Made by a program: the position numbers and the translations under genes. Below, piece after piece: positions 49,874 through 60,383 of a DNA stretch of 64,000 bases; the stretch's first letter is position 1, and every line of letters starts with the position of its first letter. Under the pieces are notes generated by a model, which made no database searches, was not told where the DNA came from, and was given only the letters and a program-made list of their open reading frames with translations. The DNA is taken from positions 27,551 to 91,550 of the forward strand of contig JADDKJ010000001.1 of the NCBI GenBank assembly GCA_033717875.1, given 5' to 3'. Origin of the DNA: Gammaproteobacteria bacterium. GTDB taxonomy: Bacteria > Pseudomonadota > Gammaproteobacteria > Ga0077554 > Ga007554.

Positions 49874-51151
49874 ATGCCATTTCGTATCGCTTTGAGCGGG
49901 ATCAACGCCTCTGCCGCGGAGTTGCAGGTGATCGGAAACAATGTCGCCAACGCGGGGACGACAGGCTTCAAGAACTCGCGCGCTGAATTCGCCGATATCT
50001 ATGCGACGACCAATCTCGGCATCAGCCAGAATGCCATTGGCAGCGGTGTGCGTGTCGCCGCCGTATCGCAACAGTTCAGTCAGGGCAATGTCGGCTTTAC
50101 CAACAATAATCTCGATCTTGCCATCAACGGCCAGGGTTTCTTTGTGTTGAGCGACAACGGTGTGCCGGTATATACCCGTGCCGGTGCATTCCAACCTGAC
50201 AGGGATGGTTATATCGTCAATAGCCAGAATCAAAGACTGACGGTATTCCAGGCGGATGCAAATGGCAACATCACCGGTTCGCGTGGTGATTTGAGATTGA
50301 ATACGGCGGATATCGCTCCCAATCCGACCACTGCGGTGGAGGTGACCGCCAATCTCGACGCCAATGCCAAACAGTTTGCGCCCTATCCCGGCTTGCCGGT
50401 GTTCGACCGGACTGATCCTACCACTTACAACAATTCCACCTCCGTCACGCTCTATGATTCACTGGGTAATGCGGTGCTCGGTACGATGTACTACCGCAAG
50501 ACTACTAATCCCAATGAATGGGAGAGCCATTTGTGGTTGACCAATGGTGCGGGCGCGCCCATCGAGGTGGCGCCAAATGGCAACGCGTCTGGACAACCAG
50601 CCACGATGATGTTCTCCAGCACCGGCAACATCGCATCGGTTACGCCCTCTCTGGGTGGCTCATTGACGATTGATTATGCTCCCGTCAATCCGCTGACCGG
50701 CGCGGTGAGCATGTCCTTTTCGGTGAATTACTCGAATACAACCCAATATGGCAGCCCGTTCGGTGTCAATGCGCTTACCCAGGATGGCTATGCCACCGGT
50801 CGCCTCAGCGGTATCGATATCAATGATACGGGTGTGGTGGAAGCGCGTTATACCAATGGTCAAACGCGTGCATTAGGGCAGATTGCGTTGGCCAATTTCA
50901 GCAATCCCCAAGGATTGCGCCAGTTGGGTGACACCGCTTGGGCCGAAACCTATGACTCGGGCGCCGCACTGGTTGGTGCTCCCGGTACCGCGAGTCTGGG
51001 GTTGGTGCAGTCCGGTGCGCTGGAAGGGTCGAACGTCGATCTCACCGAGCAATTGGTCAACATGATCGTTGCCCAGCGCAACTTCCAGGCCAACGCGCAG
51101 GTGATCACCACGGCGGATACGATCACCCAGACCATCATCAATATCAGATAA
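49874..51151 (+). CDS. flgE: flagellar hook protein FlgE
   Basis: Family similarity. Confidence 0.9.
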   Translation: MPFRIALSGINASAAELQVIGNNVANAGTTGFKNSRAEFADIYATTNLGISQNAIGSGVRVAAVSQQFSQGNVGFTNNNLDLAINGQGFFVLSDNGVPVYTRAGAFQPDRDGYIVNSQNQRLTVFQADANGNITGSRGDLRLNTADIAPNPTTAVEVTANLDANAKQFAPYPGLPVFDRTDPTTYNNSTSVTLYDSLGNAVLGTMYYRKTTNPNEWESHLWLTNGAGAPIEVAPNGNASGQPATMMFSSTGNIASVTPSLGGSLTIDYAPVNPLTGAVSMSFSVNYSNTTQYGSPFGVNALTQDGYATGRLSGIDINDTGVVEARYTNGQTRALGQIALANFSNPQGLRQLGDTAWAETYDSGAALVGAPGTASLGLVQSGALEGSNVDLTEQLVNMIVAQRNFQANAQVITTADTITQTIINIR

Positions 51152-51184
51152 CGAGTGGCAAGTTACGGAATGAAGGACTGAATC

Positions 51185-51922
51185 ATGGATCGCATGCTCT
51201 ATGTGGCGATGTCCGGCGCGAAACAGGCGATGCTGGCGCAGCAGGTGAATACCAACAACCTGGCGAACATCAATACCACCGGATTCCGCGCCGACCTCGA
51301 GTCTTTTCGCAGTCTGCCGGTGTATGGTCCCGGTTATCCGAGCCGCGTTTATGCCGTGACGGAGCGCCCTGGAACGGATCTCTTGAGCGGGTCGTCCATA
51401 ACGACTGGCCGCAGTCTGGACGTGGCGGTCAACGGCGAGGGTTGGATTGCCGTGCAGGCCGCCGATGGCAGCGAAGCCTATACACGGGCTGGGGACTTGC
51501 GTGTCACCGTCAACGGCCAATTGGAAACCGGCGCGGGACGGCCGGTGTTGGGCAATGGCGGGCCGGTTTCCATCCCGCCTTTCGAAAATCTGGAGATAGG
51601 CGCCGACGGCACGATTTCGATTCAGCCGGTAGGCCAGCCCGTCAACGCGCTTGCCGTGGTGGACAGGATCAAGCTTGTCAATCCGCCGCTGGCGCAGATG
51701 GAAAAAGGCGTCGATGGCCTGATGCGCGTCAAGGGCGGGAAGGCCGCCACGCCGGATGCCGCGGTGCGCCTGGCCAGCGGTGTGCTCGAATCGAGCAACG
51801 TCAATGCCGTGGAGGCGATGATCAGAATGATCGAGCTTGGCCGCGAGTTCGAATCGCAAATCAAGATGATGCGCGTTGCGCAGGAAAACGACGCCGCATC
51901 GGCGCAGATGATGAGAATCTGA
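51185..51922 (+). CDS. flgF: flagellar basal-body rod protein FlgF
   Basis: Family similarity. Confidence 0.9.
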   Translation: MDRMLYVAMSGAKQAMLAQQVNTNNLANINTTGFRADLESFRSLPVYGPGYPSRVYAVTERPGTDLLSGSSITTGRSLDVAVNGEGWIAVQAADGSEAYTRAGDLRVTVNGQLETGAGRPVLGNGGPVSIPPFENLEIGADGTISIQPVGQPVNALAVVDRIKLVNPPLAQMEKGVDGLMRVKGGKAATPDAAVRLASGVLESSNVNAVEAMIRMIELGREFESQIKMMRVAQENDAASAQMMRI

Positions 51923-51943
51923 TAACGTAAAGAGGATACGATC

Positions 51944-52732
51944 ATGAACCCCGCACTTTGGGTAGCCAAAACCGGCCTGGACGCGCAGCAGACGCGCATG
52001 ACGGTGATTTCCAACAACCTTGCCAACGTCAACACCACCGGCTTCAAGCGTGGCCGCGCGGTTTTCGAGGATCTGCTCTATCAGAACATCCGCCAGGTAG
52101 GCGCGCAGACATCGCAGGATACCACTCTGCCGTCAGGACTAAGCCTTGGCACGGGTGTGCGTACCGTGGCGACGGAGAAGCTCTTTACCCAGGGCAACAT
52201 TACCCTGACCAGCAACCCGTTGGATATGGCCATCCAGGGGCGTGGTTTCTTTCAGATCCTATTACCGGATGGCACCTTGGGCTATAGCCGCGCTGGTTCC
52301 TTCCAGGTCAATGCCCAGGGGCAAATGGTTACCGCCAGCGGCTATGTTTTGCAGCCTGCCATCAGTATTCCCGAAAATGCGCAAAGCATTACCATCGGTT
52401 CCGATGGTACCGTCGCGGTTCTGTTGCCGGGTGCTTCCGCGCCGACGCAGGTGGGTTCGATACAGCTTGCCGATTTCATCAACCCCGCGGGCTTGCAACC
52501 GATTGGCCAGAACGCCTTCCGTGAATCCGCCGCCAGCGGCTCGCCGCAAACCGGTACGCCAGGCGCCACCGGACTTGGCATGGTGACGCAGGGCTATGTG
52601 GAAAGCTCCAATGTCAATGTGGTGGAAGAGCTGGTCAACATGATCGAAACCCAGCGCGCCTATGAAATGGATTCCAAGGCCATCGCCGCGGCGGATCAGA
52701 TGCTGAGGTTTGTAACGAATAATTTAGGGTAA
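51944..52732 (+). CDS. flgG: flagellar basal-body rod protein FlgG
   Basis: Family similarity. Confidence 0.9.
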   Translation: MNPALWVAKTGLDAQQTRMTVISNNLANVNTTGFKRGRAVFEDLLYQNIRQVGAQTSQDTTLPSGLSLGTGVRTVATEKLFTQGNITLTSNPLDMAIQGRGFFQILLPDGTLGYSRAGSFQVNAQGQMVTASGYVLQPAISIPENAQSITIGSDGTVAVLLPGASAPTQVGSIQLADFINPAGLQPIGQNAFRESAASGSPQTGTPGATGLGMVTQGYVESSNVNVVEELVNMIETQRAYEMDSKAIAAADQMLRFVTNNLG

Positions 52733-52787
52733 AAATGCTTGGCAAGGAAGTTGCTTGTTTTTCGATGTGCTAATTGGAGGTTTTTCA

Positions 52788-53498
52788 ATGAGGCAAATCA
52801 AAAAAAGCCTACTCCCCTTGTTCGGGGCATTCATTTTAACCGCGTGCGCCACGCCGCCGCCCAAGAGCGATCCCGCCTATGCGCCGGTGCGTCCCATGGC
52901 GCCCGAGTCCGTCAAGAAGAGCAACGGCGCCATTTATCAGGCGAATACGGGAATGTCCCTGTTCGAGGATGTCAAGGCGCGCCGGGTCGGTGACACGCTG
53001 ACCGTGGTGCTGGTTGAAAAGACCGATGCCAGCAAGAAGGCGGGCACCAATTCCAAGAAAAAGACCGGCGTGGAGATCGAAGCCCCGACAATCCTGGGTT
53101 CGACAATTCAGTTCGGAGCGCCCGGCATCATTCCTCTTGCCAGCAATATCAATAACACCCTCGGCGCCTCGTTGAACGGCAATCAAACGTTCTCAGGCGA
53201 AGGCGACAGCAATCAAAGCAACAGTCTCAATGGCCGTATCACGGTGACCGTGGCGGAAGTTCTGCCCAACGGCAATCTGGTGGTGCGCGGCGAGAAACTG
53301 CTGTCCATCAATCAGGGCAATGAATACGTGAGATTTTCCGGCATCGTGCGTCCTGTCGATGTGCAGCGTGACAACACGGTGCAGTCGACGCTGGTGGCGA
53401 ACGCCAAGATCACCTATGCGGGCGAGGGCGCCATCGCCGATGCCAATACCTCGGGCTGGCTGGCGCGTTTCTTCAATAGTCCGTGGTGGCCGTTTTGA
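52788..53498 (+). CDS. flgH: flagellar L-ring lipoprotein FlgH
   Basis: RBS ggagg, ATG at 52788 and lipobox ILTAC. Confidence 0.9.
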   Translation: MRQIKKSLLPLFGAFILTACATPPPKSDPAYAPVRPMAPESVKKSNGAIYQANTGMSLFEDVKARRVGDTLTVVLVEKTDASKKAGTNSKKKTGVEIEAPTILGSTIQFGAPGIIPLASNINNTLGASLNGNQTFSGEGDSNQSNSLNGRITVTVAEVLPNGNLVVRGEKLLSINQGNEYVRFSGIVRPVDVQRDNTVQSTLVANAKITYAGEGAIADANTSGWLARFFNSPWWPF

Positions 53499-53521
53499 GG
53501 CAGAGGAAGAAAAGGTAGAAA

Positions 53522-54679
53522 ATGATTATGGTAACGCAATTGAAGAACGGGCGCGCATCGAGAGGGGATTTTGTTTATCGATGCGGTCTTTCTCTGTTTT
53601 CTTTTCTCTTTGCTCTTTCCTCTGCCTCCGTGAAAGCTGAACGTATCAAGGATATCGCCACGGTCGATGGCGTGCGCGGCAACCAATTGGTGGGTTATGG
53701 GCTGGTGATGGGGTTGGATGGCACCGGCGATCAAACCACGCAGGCGCCATTCACGGTGCAGAGCATGAGGAGCATGCTGGCACAGTTCGGCATCACATTG
53801 CCACCCACGGTGAATCCTCAGCTCAAGAACGTGGCGGCGGTTTCCATTCATGCCGAATTGCCGGCTTTCGCCAAGCCCGGGCAGACCATCGACGTTACCG
53901 TCTCCTCACTGGGCAATGCCAAAAGCCTGCGTGGCGGCAGTCTGTTGATGACACCATTGAAGGGAGCGGATGGCCAGGTCTATGCCGTCGCTCAGGGCAA
54001 TCTGGTGGTCGGTGGATTGGGCGTGTCGGGCGCCGATGGCTCGAAGATCACCGTCAACGTTCCGAGCGCGGGACGCATTCCCGGCGGCGCGACAGTGGAG
54101 CGTCCCGCGCCTACCTCGCTTGGCGAAAGTGACGCACTGGTTTTTAATCTGCACAAATCCGATTTCACCACTGCAAAACGTCTGGCCGACAGCATCAACA
54201 CCGCGATCGGTGCGCAGACTGCCGAACCCCTGGATGCGGCATCCATCAAGGTGCGCGCGCCGCAGGATATGGCGCAGCGCGTGGCCTTCGTCTCCGAGCT
54301 GGAAAATCTGACTGTGGATCCCGGCGAGGCCGCCGCCCGGGTGATCATCAATTCCCGCACCGGCACGGTCGTCATCGGCAGCCATGTGCGTGTGACGCCG
54401 GCTGCCGTATCGCACGGTAATCTCACCGTGACCATTGCCGAGAAGCCGCGCATCAGTCAGCCGGGGCCGTTTTCCAGAGGCGAAACGGTGGTTGTGCCTG
54501 ATTCGCAAATCAAGGTCGAGGAAGAGAAAAATCGCATGTTCCTGTTTGATCCTGGTGTGTCGCTGGGCGAGATCGTCCGCGCCGTCAATCAGGTGGGCGC
54601 CGCACCGGGTGATCTTGTGGCTATTCTTCAGGCCTTGAAGGAATCGGGCGCATTGCGCGCGGAATTGATCGTGATTTAA
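53522..54679 (+). CDS. flgI: flagellar P-ring protein FlgI
   Basis: Family similarity. Confidence 0.9.
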   Translation: MIMVTQLKNGRASRGDFVYRCGLSLFSFLFALSSASVKAERIKDIATVDGVRGNQLVGYGLVMGLDGTGDQTTQAPFTVQSMRSMLAQFGITLPPTVNPQLKNVAAVSIHAELPAFAKPGQTIDVTVSSLGNAKSLRGGSLLMTPLKGADGQVYAVAQGNLVVGGLGVSGADGSKITVNVPSAGRIPGGATVERPAPTSLGESDALVFNLHKSDFTTAKRLADSINTAIGAQTAEPLDAASIKVRAPQDMAQRVAFVSELENLTVDPGEAAARVIINSRTGTVVIGSHVRVTPAAVSHGNLTVTIAEKPRISQPGPFSRGETVVVPDSQIKVEEEKNRMFLFDPGVSLGEIVRAVNQVGAAPGDLVAILQALKESGALRAELIVI

Positions 54680-54681
54680 TC

Positions 54682-55575
54682 ATGAAATCAGCACTATCTC
54701 CGGTCGATACTTATACCGATTTCCAGGGGCTGGCGGCATTGCGCGCCCAGGCCCGCGGCAATGCCAATTCGCCCGAAACCTTGCGGGCTGTGGCGCGGCA
54801 ATTCGAGGGGCTGTTTTTGCAGATGATGCTGAAAAGCATGCGCGACGCCAGCCTCGGCGAGGGCATCATGGACAGCGAACAAACCAGTTTCTACCAAGAG
54901 ATGTTCGATCAGCAGTTGTCGATGACGCTGAGTCAGGGACGTGGTCTGGGTTTGTCCGACATGCTGGTGCGCCAGCTTGGCGGAAAATTGGCCGATAGTT
55001 CAAAACAGGATGCCGCAACGAATGCCGGCTTGCCGCTGGTGAGACAATCCTCTTCCCCGGTTTCCGGTGCTGTTTCGTTCACATCGCCAGAGGAGTTCGT
55101 AAAATCGCTCTGGCCTCACGCGCAGCAGGCCGGCAAGGATCTGGGCGTTGCCCCAGCGGCGCTGCTCGCTCAGGCGGCGCTGGAAACAGGTTGGGGGCGG
55201 GCCATCATGCGCCACCCGGATGGGCGCAGCAGCCACAACCTGTTCGGTATCAAGGCGGATTCCGGCTGGCAGGGCGAGCGCCTGACGATGCCGACGCTCG
55301 AATACGCCGAAGGCAAGGCCGTCAAGCGTAGCGAGGCGTTCCGGGCATATGACTCGTTTGCAGCCAGTTTTGAAGATTATGCGAGCTTTATCCGCGGGAA
55401 TCCGCGTTACAGCCAGGCGTTGGCCGTGGCGCGCGACCCCGATGCCTTCGTCCAGGCTTTACAAGCGGCGGGTTACGCTACAGACCCTGCTTATGCGCGC
55501 AAGGTTGGCTCGATTTTACATGGCGATGCGTTTGCCGGTGCGTTCAAGTTGTTGAGTGCCGGGCCGCTATCCTGA
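54682..55575 (+). CDS. flgJ: flagellar rod assembly protein / muramidase FlgJ
   Basis: N-terminal rod-binding region and a C-terminal glucosaminidase. Confidence 0.85.
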   Translation: MKSALSPVDTYTDFQGLAALRAQARGNANSPETLRAVARQFEGLFLQMMLKSMRDASLGEGIMDSEQTSFYQEMFDQQLSMTLSQGRGLGLSDMLVRQLGGKLADSSKQDAATNAGLPLVRQSSSPVSGAVSFTSPEEFVKSLWPHAQQAGKDLGVAPAALLAQAALETGWGRAIMRHPDGRSSHNLFGIKADSGWQGERLTMPTLEYAEGKAVKRSEAFRAYDSFAASFEDYASFIRGNPRYSQALAVARDPDAFVQALQAAGYATDPAYARKVGSILHGDAFAGAFKLLSAGPLS

Positions 55576-55612
55576 AATGTGACGGAAGTCTCTTTGTTGA
55601 CGAGGTAATATC

Positions 55613-57532
55613 ATGGCGATCGGCGATGCTCTTGGTGTAGGAGTCTCCGGTTTGTTGGCGGCGCAGCGCTCCCTGGCGACCGCGGGGCAAAACATCGCCA
55701 ACGTCAACACCGAGGGTTATAGCCGCCAGCGCACCGAGCTGGTGACCCGTACGCCGCTCTATTCCGGCGGCGGTTATATCGGAACAGGTGTGACACAATC
55801 GACCGTGAAGCGTCTTTACGACGATTTTCTGACGACGCAGGTGCGCACCAGCACCGGCATGTACAACCAGTCGGAGAATTTTTATAACCTCGCCAGCCGG
55901 GTCGACAATATGCTGGCCGATCCGCAGGCGGGACTGACACCGAGCCTGCAAAGTTTTTTCAGCGCCGTGCAGGGTGTCGCTACCGATCCAACCTCGCTCG
56001 CCGCGCGGCAGGTGCTGCTTGCCGAAGCCGGTACGCTTACCGGACGTTTTCGCTACCTGGATCAGCGTCTTACCGATCTTCGCCAGGGAGTGAACGCCGA
56101 TATCAGGAGCCGCATCACCGAAATCAACGGGCTTGCCCAGTCGATCGCAGATGTCAACAAGGATATCGTGCTCGCTCCCGGGCGGCAGTCGGGACAGTTG
56201 CCCAATGATCTGCTCGACAAGCGCGATGCCTTGCTGGTGAAGTTGTCCGAACAGGTCGCCGTTACCACGGTCGCCCAGGACGACGGATCGGTGAATGTTT
56301 TCATCGGCAATGGCCAGTCTCTGGTGGTTGGCGTGCGGAGCCAGGGTTTAAGCCCGATCACCAATCAGTTCGATGCCACACGGGTTGAAGTCGGCTATCA
56401 GGCCGGTACCGATATCATCAATATCTCCAGCCAGATCAGCGGTGGAAAATTGGGCGGTGCGATGGAGTTTCGCAATCAGGTGCTCGATAACGCCCAAAAT
56501 GTGCTGGGCCGCATTGCCGTCGGTGTCGCTGACAATTTCAACGATCAGCACAGGCTGGGACAAGATCTGAACGGCGCCCTGGGAGGAGATTTTTTCTCCG
56601 TGCCCGCCATGCAGGTTCAGCCCAGGTTGTTGAATACCGGCAGCGGCGCGGTAACGGCCGCATTGGCCGACCCCAACGCCTTGACCGCCAGCGATTATCG
56701 CCTGACCTATGATGGCGGTAATGTATATTCCCTGCTTCGGCTTTCGGATAATCAAGTCACCACCATCAACACGGGTGGCGCCTATCCCTACACGAGCGCG
56801 GCGGTGGACGGATTCGCACTGACCATCACGGCGGGCGCGGCGGTCAATGACAGCTATCTGATCAAGCCGACGTCCCAGGGGGCGCAAACCATCGGCGTCG
56901 CCATCAACGATGTCAAGAATATCGCGGTCGCCGCGCCAATACGCAGCGCCGCGGCGTTGGCCAACATCGGTTCCGCCAGGATCAGCTCCGGCGTGGTGAA
57001 TACCCTTGATCCCAGCTTGCAAAACAATGTCACCATCCAGTTCACATCTTCAGGGCAATTCGATGTGATCGACGCCACAAACGGCACATTGGCGACCAAT
57101 GTGCCTTATATCAGCGGCCAAGCGATCAGCTTCAATGGCTGGACAGTCAATATTTCCGGTGTTGCCGCGGCCGGCGACATCTTCACCATCGGCACCAACA
57201 CCAATGGCGCGAGCGATAACCGCAACGGGTTGCTGTTGGGGCAATTACAGGCCAAGTACACTCTGGACGGCGGCTCGGCCACCTATCAGGACGCATATAA
57301 CCAGTTGGTGGCCGAGATAGGCACGCGGACCAACCAGGCCGATATAACGCGTAACGCCCAAAAGGCCTTGCAGGAGCAGTCCATACAGGCGCGCGACGCC
57401 GTATCGGGGGTCAATCTCGACGAAGAGGCCGCCGACATGCTGCGCTTGCAGCAAGCCTATCAAGCCTCGGCGCAGGTCATATCGATCAGCGATGGTCTTT
57501 TTCAGGCGCTCATCGGCGCCATCAGGAGATAA
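55613..57532 (+). CDS. flgK: flagellar hook-associated protein 1 FlgK
   Basis: Family similarity. Confidence 0.9.
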   Translation: MAIGDALGVGVSGLLAAQRSLATAGQNIANVNTEGYSRQRTELVTRTPLYSGGGYIGTGVTQSTVKRLYDDFLTTQVRTSTGMYNQSENFYNLASRVDNMLADPQAGLTPSLQSFFSAVQGVATDPTSLAARQVLLAEAGTLTGRFRYLDQRLTDLRQGVNADIRSRITEINGLAQSIADVNKDIVLAPGRQSGQLPNDLLDKRDALLVKLSEQVAVTTVAQDDGSVNVFIGNGQSLVVGVRSQGLSPITNQFDATRVEVGYQAGTDIINISSQISGGKLGGAMEFRNQVLDNAQNVLGRIAVGVADNFNDQHRLGQDLNGALGGDFFSVPAMQVQPRLLNTGSGAVTAALADPNALTASDYRLTYDGGNVYSLLRLSDNQVTTINTGGAYPYTSAAVDGFALTITAGAAVNDSYLIKPTSQGAQTIGVAINDVKNIAVAAPIRSAAALANIGSARISSGVVNTLDPSLQNNVTIQFTSSGQFDVIDATNGTLATNVPYISGQAISFNGWTVNISGVAAAGDIFTIGTNTNGASDNRNGLLLGQLQAKYTLDGGSATYQDAYNQLVAEIGTRTNQADITRNAQKALQEQSIQARDAVSGVNLDEEAADMLRLQQAYQASAQVISISDGLFQALIGAIRR

Positions 57533-57535
57533 TTC

Positions 57536-58744
57536 ATGAGAGTCTCCACCCAGCAATTGCAGCAACAGGGCGTGAACGCCATGCTTGAACAACAGGCGCT
57601 GCTCGGCAAGACGCAGCTCCAGGTGTCCACCGGCCGGCGTATCCTCGCCCCGGCGGATGATCCCTCGGCTTCGGCGCAAGTTCTGGGACTGATGAAAGAG
57701 AAGGAAGTCACGGGCCGGTACCAGTCGAACGCCGATGCCGCGCGGGCGAGGCTTTCCATGGAGGAGCAGACATTGACCGGAGCGGGCGATGTTCTGCAAC
57801 GAATCAAGGAACTCGCCCTGCAAGCCAATAACGGCACTCAGAACAATGCCACGCGCGGCATGTTGGCCTCCGAGATACGTTTGCGGCTCGACGAGCTGTT
57901 GGCCATGGCCAATAGCAGGGATGCGAATGGCGAGTATCTGTTCTCAGGGTATCAAGGACTGACGCAGCCCTTTGATCGCAATGCGGCGGGAGGATTTGAT
58001 TATAACGGTGACGAAGGGCAGCGCTACTTGCAGATTGGTCCGGCGCGGCAAGTGGCGGTGAGCGATTCGGGCACGGAAGTGTTCCGCGCCATTCGCAATG
58101 GCAACGGCGTTTTTTCCACCCGGGAAAATCCGGTCAACACTGGCAGCGGCGTGATCGATCCCGGTACCGTCACGGGCGCCTTCGTGCCGGACAACTATAC
58201 GATAGCCTTTACCCAGACCTTGCCCACCGCGCCCATCACCTATTCCGTAACGGGCGCGGCCAGCGGTATCGTGGCCAGCGGAACCTATGCCAGCGGCAAC
58301 AGTATCGCATTTGGCGGCGCCAAGGTGCAGATCGGCGGCACACCGGCCAACGGCGACACTTTCACCGTGACGCCCAGCGCCAACCAGGATATCTTCACCA
58401 CCGTGCAGAATTTTATCGACGCGCTGGAAACCCCCGTTACGAATCCGGCATCGCAAGCGCATTTCAACAATGCCATGAGCCGGGTGATCGGCGATCTCGA
58501 CAACGGCCTGGACAACGTCCTGAACGTGCGCGCCACGCTAGGCGCGAGAATCAACGCCATCGATGCCCAGAAAAATATCAACGACGGATTCAATCTGCAA
58601 GTGCAGGAAACGCTGTCTTCTCTCCAGGATCTCGATTACGCCGAAGCGGTCAGCCGCCTGAACCTGCAGTTGACTGGATTGCAGGCCGCACAGCAATCTT
58701 TCGCCAAGATTCAGGGTTTGTCGCTGTTCAATTTCCTGCGTTGA
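57536..58744 (+). CDS. flgL: flagellar hook-associated protein 3 FlgL
   Basis: Family similarity. Confidence 0.85.
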   Translation: MRVSTQQLQQQGVNAMLEQQALLGKTQLQVSTGRRILAPADDPSASAQVLGLMKEKEVTGRYQSNADAARARLSMEEQTLTGAGDVLQRIKELALQANNGTQNNATRGMLASEIRLRLDELLAMANSRDANGEYLFSGYQGLTQPFDRNAAGGFDYNGDEGQRYLQIGPARQVAVSDSGTEVFRAIRNGNGVFSTRENPVNTGSGVIDPGTVTGAFVPDNYTIAFTQTLPTAPITYSVTGAASGIVASGTYASGNSIAFGGAKVQIGGTPANGDTFTVTPSANQDIFTTVQNFIDALETPVTNPASQAHFNNAMSRVIGDLDNGLDNVLNVRATLGARINAIDAQKNINDGFNLQVQETLSSLQDLDYAEAVSRLNLQLTGLQAAQQSFAKIQGLSLFNFLR

Positions 58745-58899
58745 TTCCGTAATACCGATGCTTTTCCCCGCATTTTCAAGGCGGGATGATTATCCAGTGT
58801 TTCGTAGGGTGTGTCCCACGCACCGCGAGGATAGTGCGCGGGCTCTCCCTGCCCCTCAATCCTTTCTGCCTGCCCCGAAAAAATCTTTTTACCTTTCCC

Positions 58900-58927
58900 T
58901 AAAGTTTCCCTCCCGAAGCGCCGATAA
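58900..58927 (+). promoter_or_regulatory. sigma-28 (FliA) class-III promoter of fliC: TAAAGTTT-N11-GCCGATAA
   Basis: An exact match to the consensus with an 11-nt spacer, 115 nt upstream of the fliC ATG. Confidence 0.85.
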
Positions 58928-59041
58928 CCTAGACGGAAGCGGTGAATATTTCTACTTGAGAAATATATCCGCTAAACATCAACCCGGCCTCGGGCGCGCT
59001 TAACGATAGATGCAGCCCAAGGTTTTCGAGGAGAAAAAGTC

Positions 59042-59872
59042 ATGGCTCTTACCATCAACACCAATGTTGCCTCTCTGAACGCCCAACGTAACCTGTCCAC
59101 CACGCAAGGCGAGTTGGCGACCTCGCTGCAACGCCTGTCTTCAGGTCTGCGCGTCAACAGCGCCAGGGACGACGCCGCCGGTCTTGCCATCGCCGAGCGC
59201 ATGAATTCGCAGGTCAAAGGCATGAACGTCGCCATTCGCAACGCCAATGACGCCATTTCTCTGGCGCAGACCGCGGAAGGCGCGCTCGGCAAGGTCGGCG
59301 ACTCCCTGCAACGCATGCGCGAGCTGGCGGTGCAGTCGGCCAACGCCTCGAATTCGGCTGGCGACCGCGCCAATCTCCAGGCTGAATATTCCCAGTTGAG
59401 CGCGGAAGTGACCCGAGTCCTGACCGGCACCAAGTTCAACGGCACCGATCTGCTGAGCACCGCCGCGACGCTGACTTTCCAGGTGGGCGCGAACAATGTC
59501 GCCACCGACCAGATCAGCGTGGCAACGACGAATATGACCTCTGGCGCTGGTGTGACTGCGGCAGTCGCTGCAAATATCTCCACCTCCCAGGCCACCGCCC
59601 AGGCCGCCATCGACAACCTGGATACCGCGATTGGCGAAATCACCACCGCCCGCTCCACCTTCGGCGCGGCCCAGAACCGCTTCGATTCGGTGATCAGCAA
59701 CCTGCGCGTGGCTTCGGAAAACCAGGCGGCCTCTCGCGGCCGTATCATGGATGCGGACTTCGCCATGGAGACCGCCAGCATGACGCGCGCCCAGATCCTG
59801 CAGCAGGCTGGCACCGCGATGCTGGCCCAGGCCAACGCGCTGCCCAACAACGTGCTGTCGCTGTTGCGTTGA
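59042..59872 (+). CDS. fliC: flagellin
   Basis: Conserved N- and C-terminal flagellin segments. Confidence 0.95.
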   Translation: MALTINTNVASLNAQRNLSTTQGELATSLQRLSSGLRVNSARDDAAGLAIAERMNSQVKGMNVAIRNANDAISLAQTAEGALGKVGDSLQRMRELAVQSANASNSAGDRANLQAEYSQLSAEVTRVLTGTKFNGTDLLSTAATLTFQVGANNVATDQISVATTNMTSGAGVTAAVAANISTSQATAQAAIDNLDTAIGEITTARSTFGAAQNRFDSVISNLRVASENQAASRGRIMDADFAMETASMTRAQILQQAGTAMLAQANALPNNVLSLLR

Positions 59873-59933
59873 TCTGAAGCCGGAACCGCCCGGGACGGGA
59901 CTCCCAGGCGGGTTTCTTCGTTGAAGATGTGAG

Positions 59934-60335
59934 GTGGATGTCATGATCCCGAACATTTCCGCAATAGTCCCAACGCCGTCATCTTTTCCAAGAACGACGG
60001 ATGCTCCCAGAGTTTCCGCCGTCAGCGCCACCGCAGAAGGCGTGCCGCAACAGAACGCAACCGTTTCACAAGCTGGCGCTTCCGCCAATCGTTCTGTGAA
60101 AAATGACGCGCGAAACGAGGACATTACCAAAGCGGTCAGTTATCTGAACGACTACATTCAGAGTTATCGCCGCGACCTGCAATTCAGCGTCGATGACGAC
60201 AGTGGCCGGATCGTAGTCAAGGTCATCGACAAGGAAACCAGGGAGGTCATCCGGCAAATTCCCTCCGAGGAAGCGCTGCAATTGGCGAAACGCATGGAGC
60301 AATCGAACGGTATGCTGCTTCAGGCGCAGGCATGA
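59934..60335 (+). CDS. flaG: flagellar protein FlaG
   Basis: Family similarity and position between fliC and fliD. Confidence 0.8.
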   Translation: MDVMIPNISAIVPTPSSFPRTTDAPRVSAVSATAEGVPQQNATVSQAGASANRSVKNDARNEDITKAVSYLNDYIQSYRRDLQFSVDDDSGRIVVKVIDKETREVIRQIPSEEALQLAKRMEQSNGMLLQAQA

Positions 60336-60383
60336 ATATCAGGGAACGTCAATCGTATCGGCTCATCAACATAGGCGAAAATC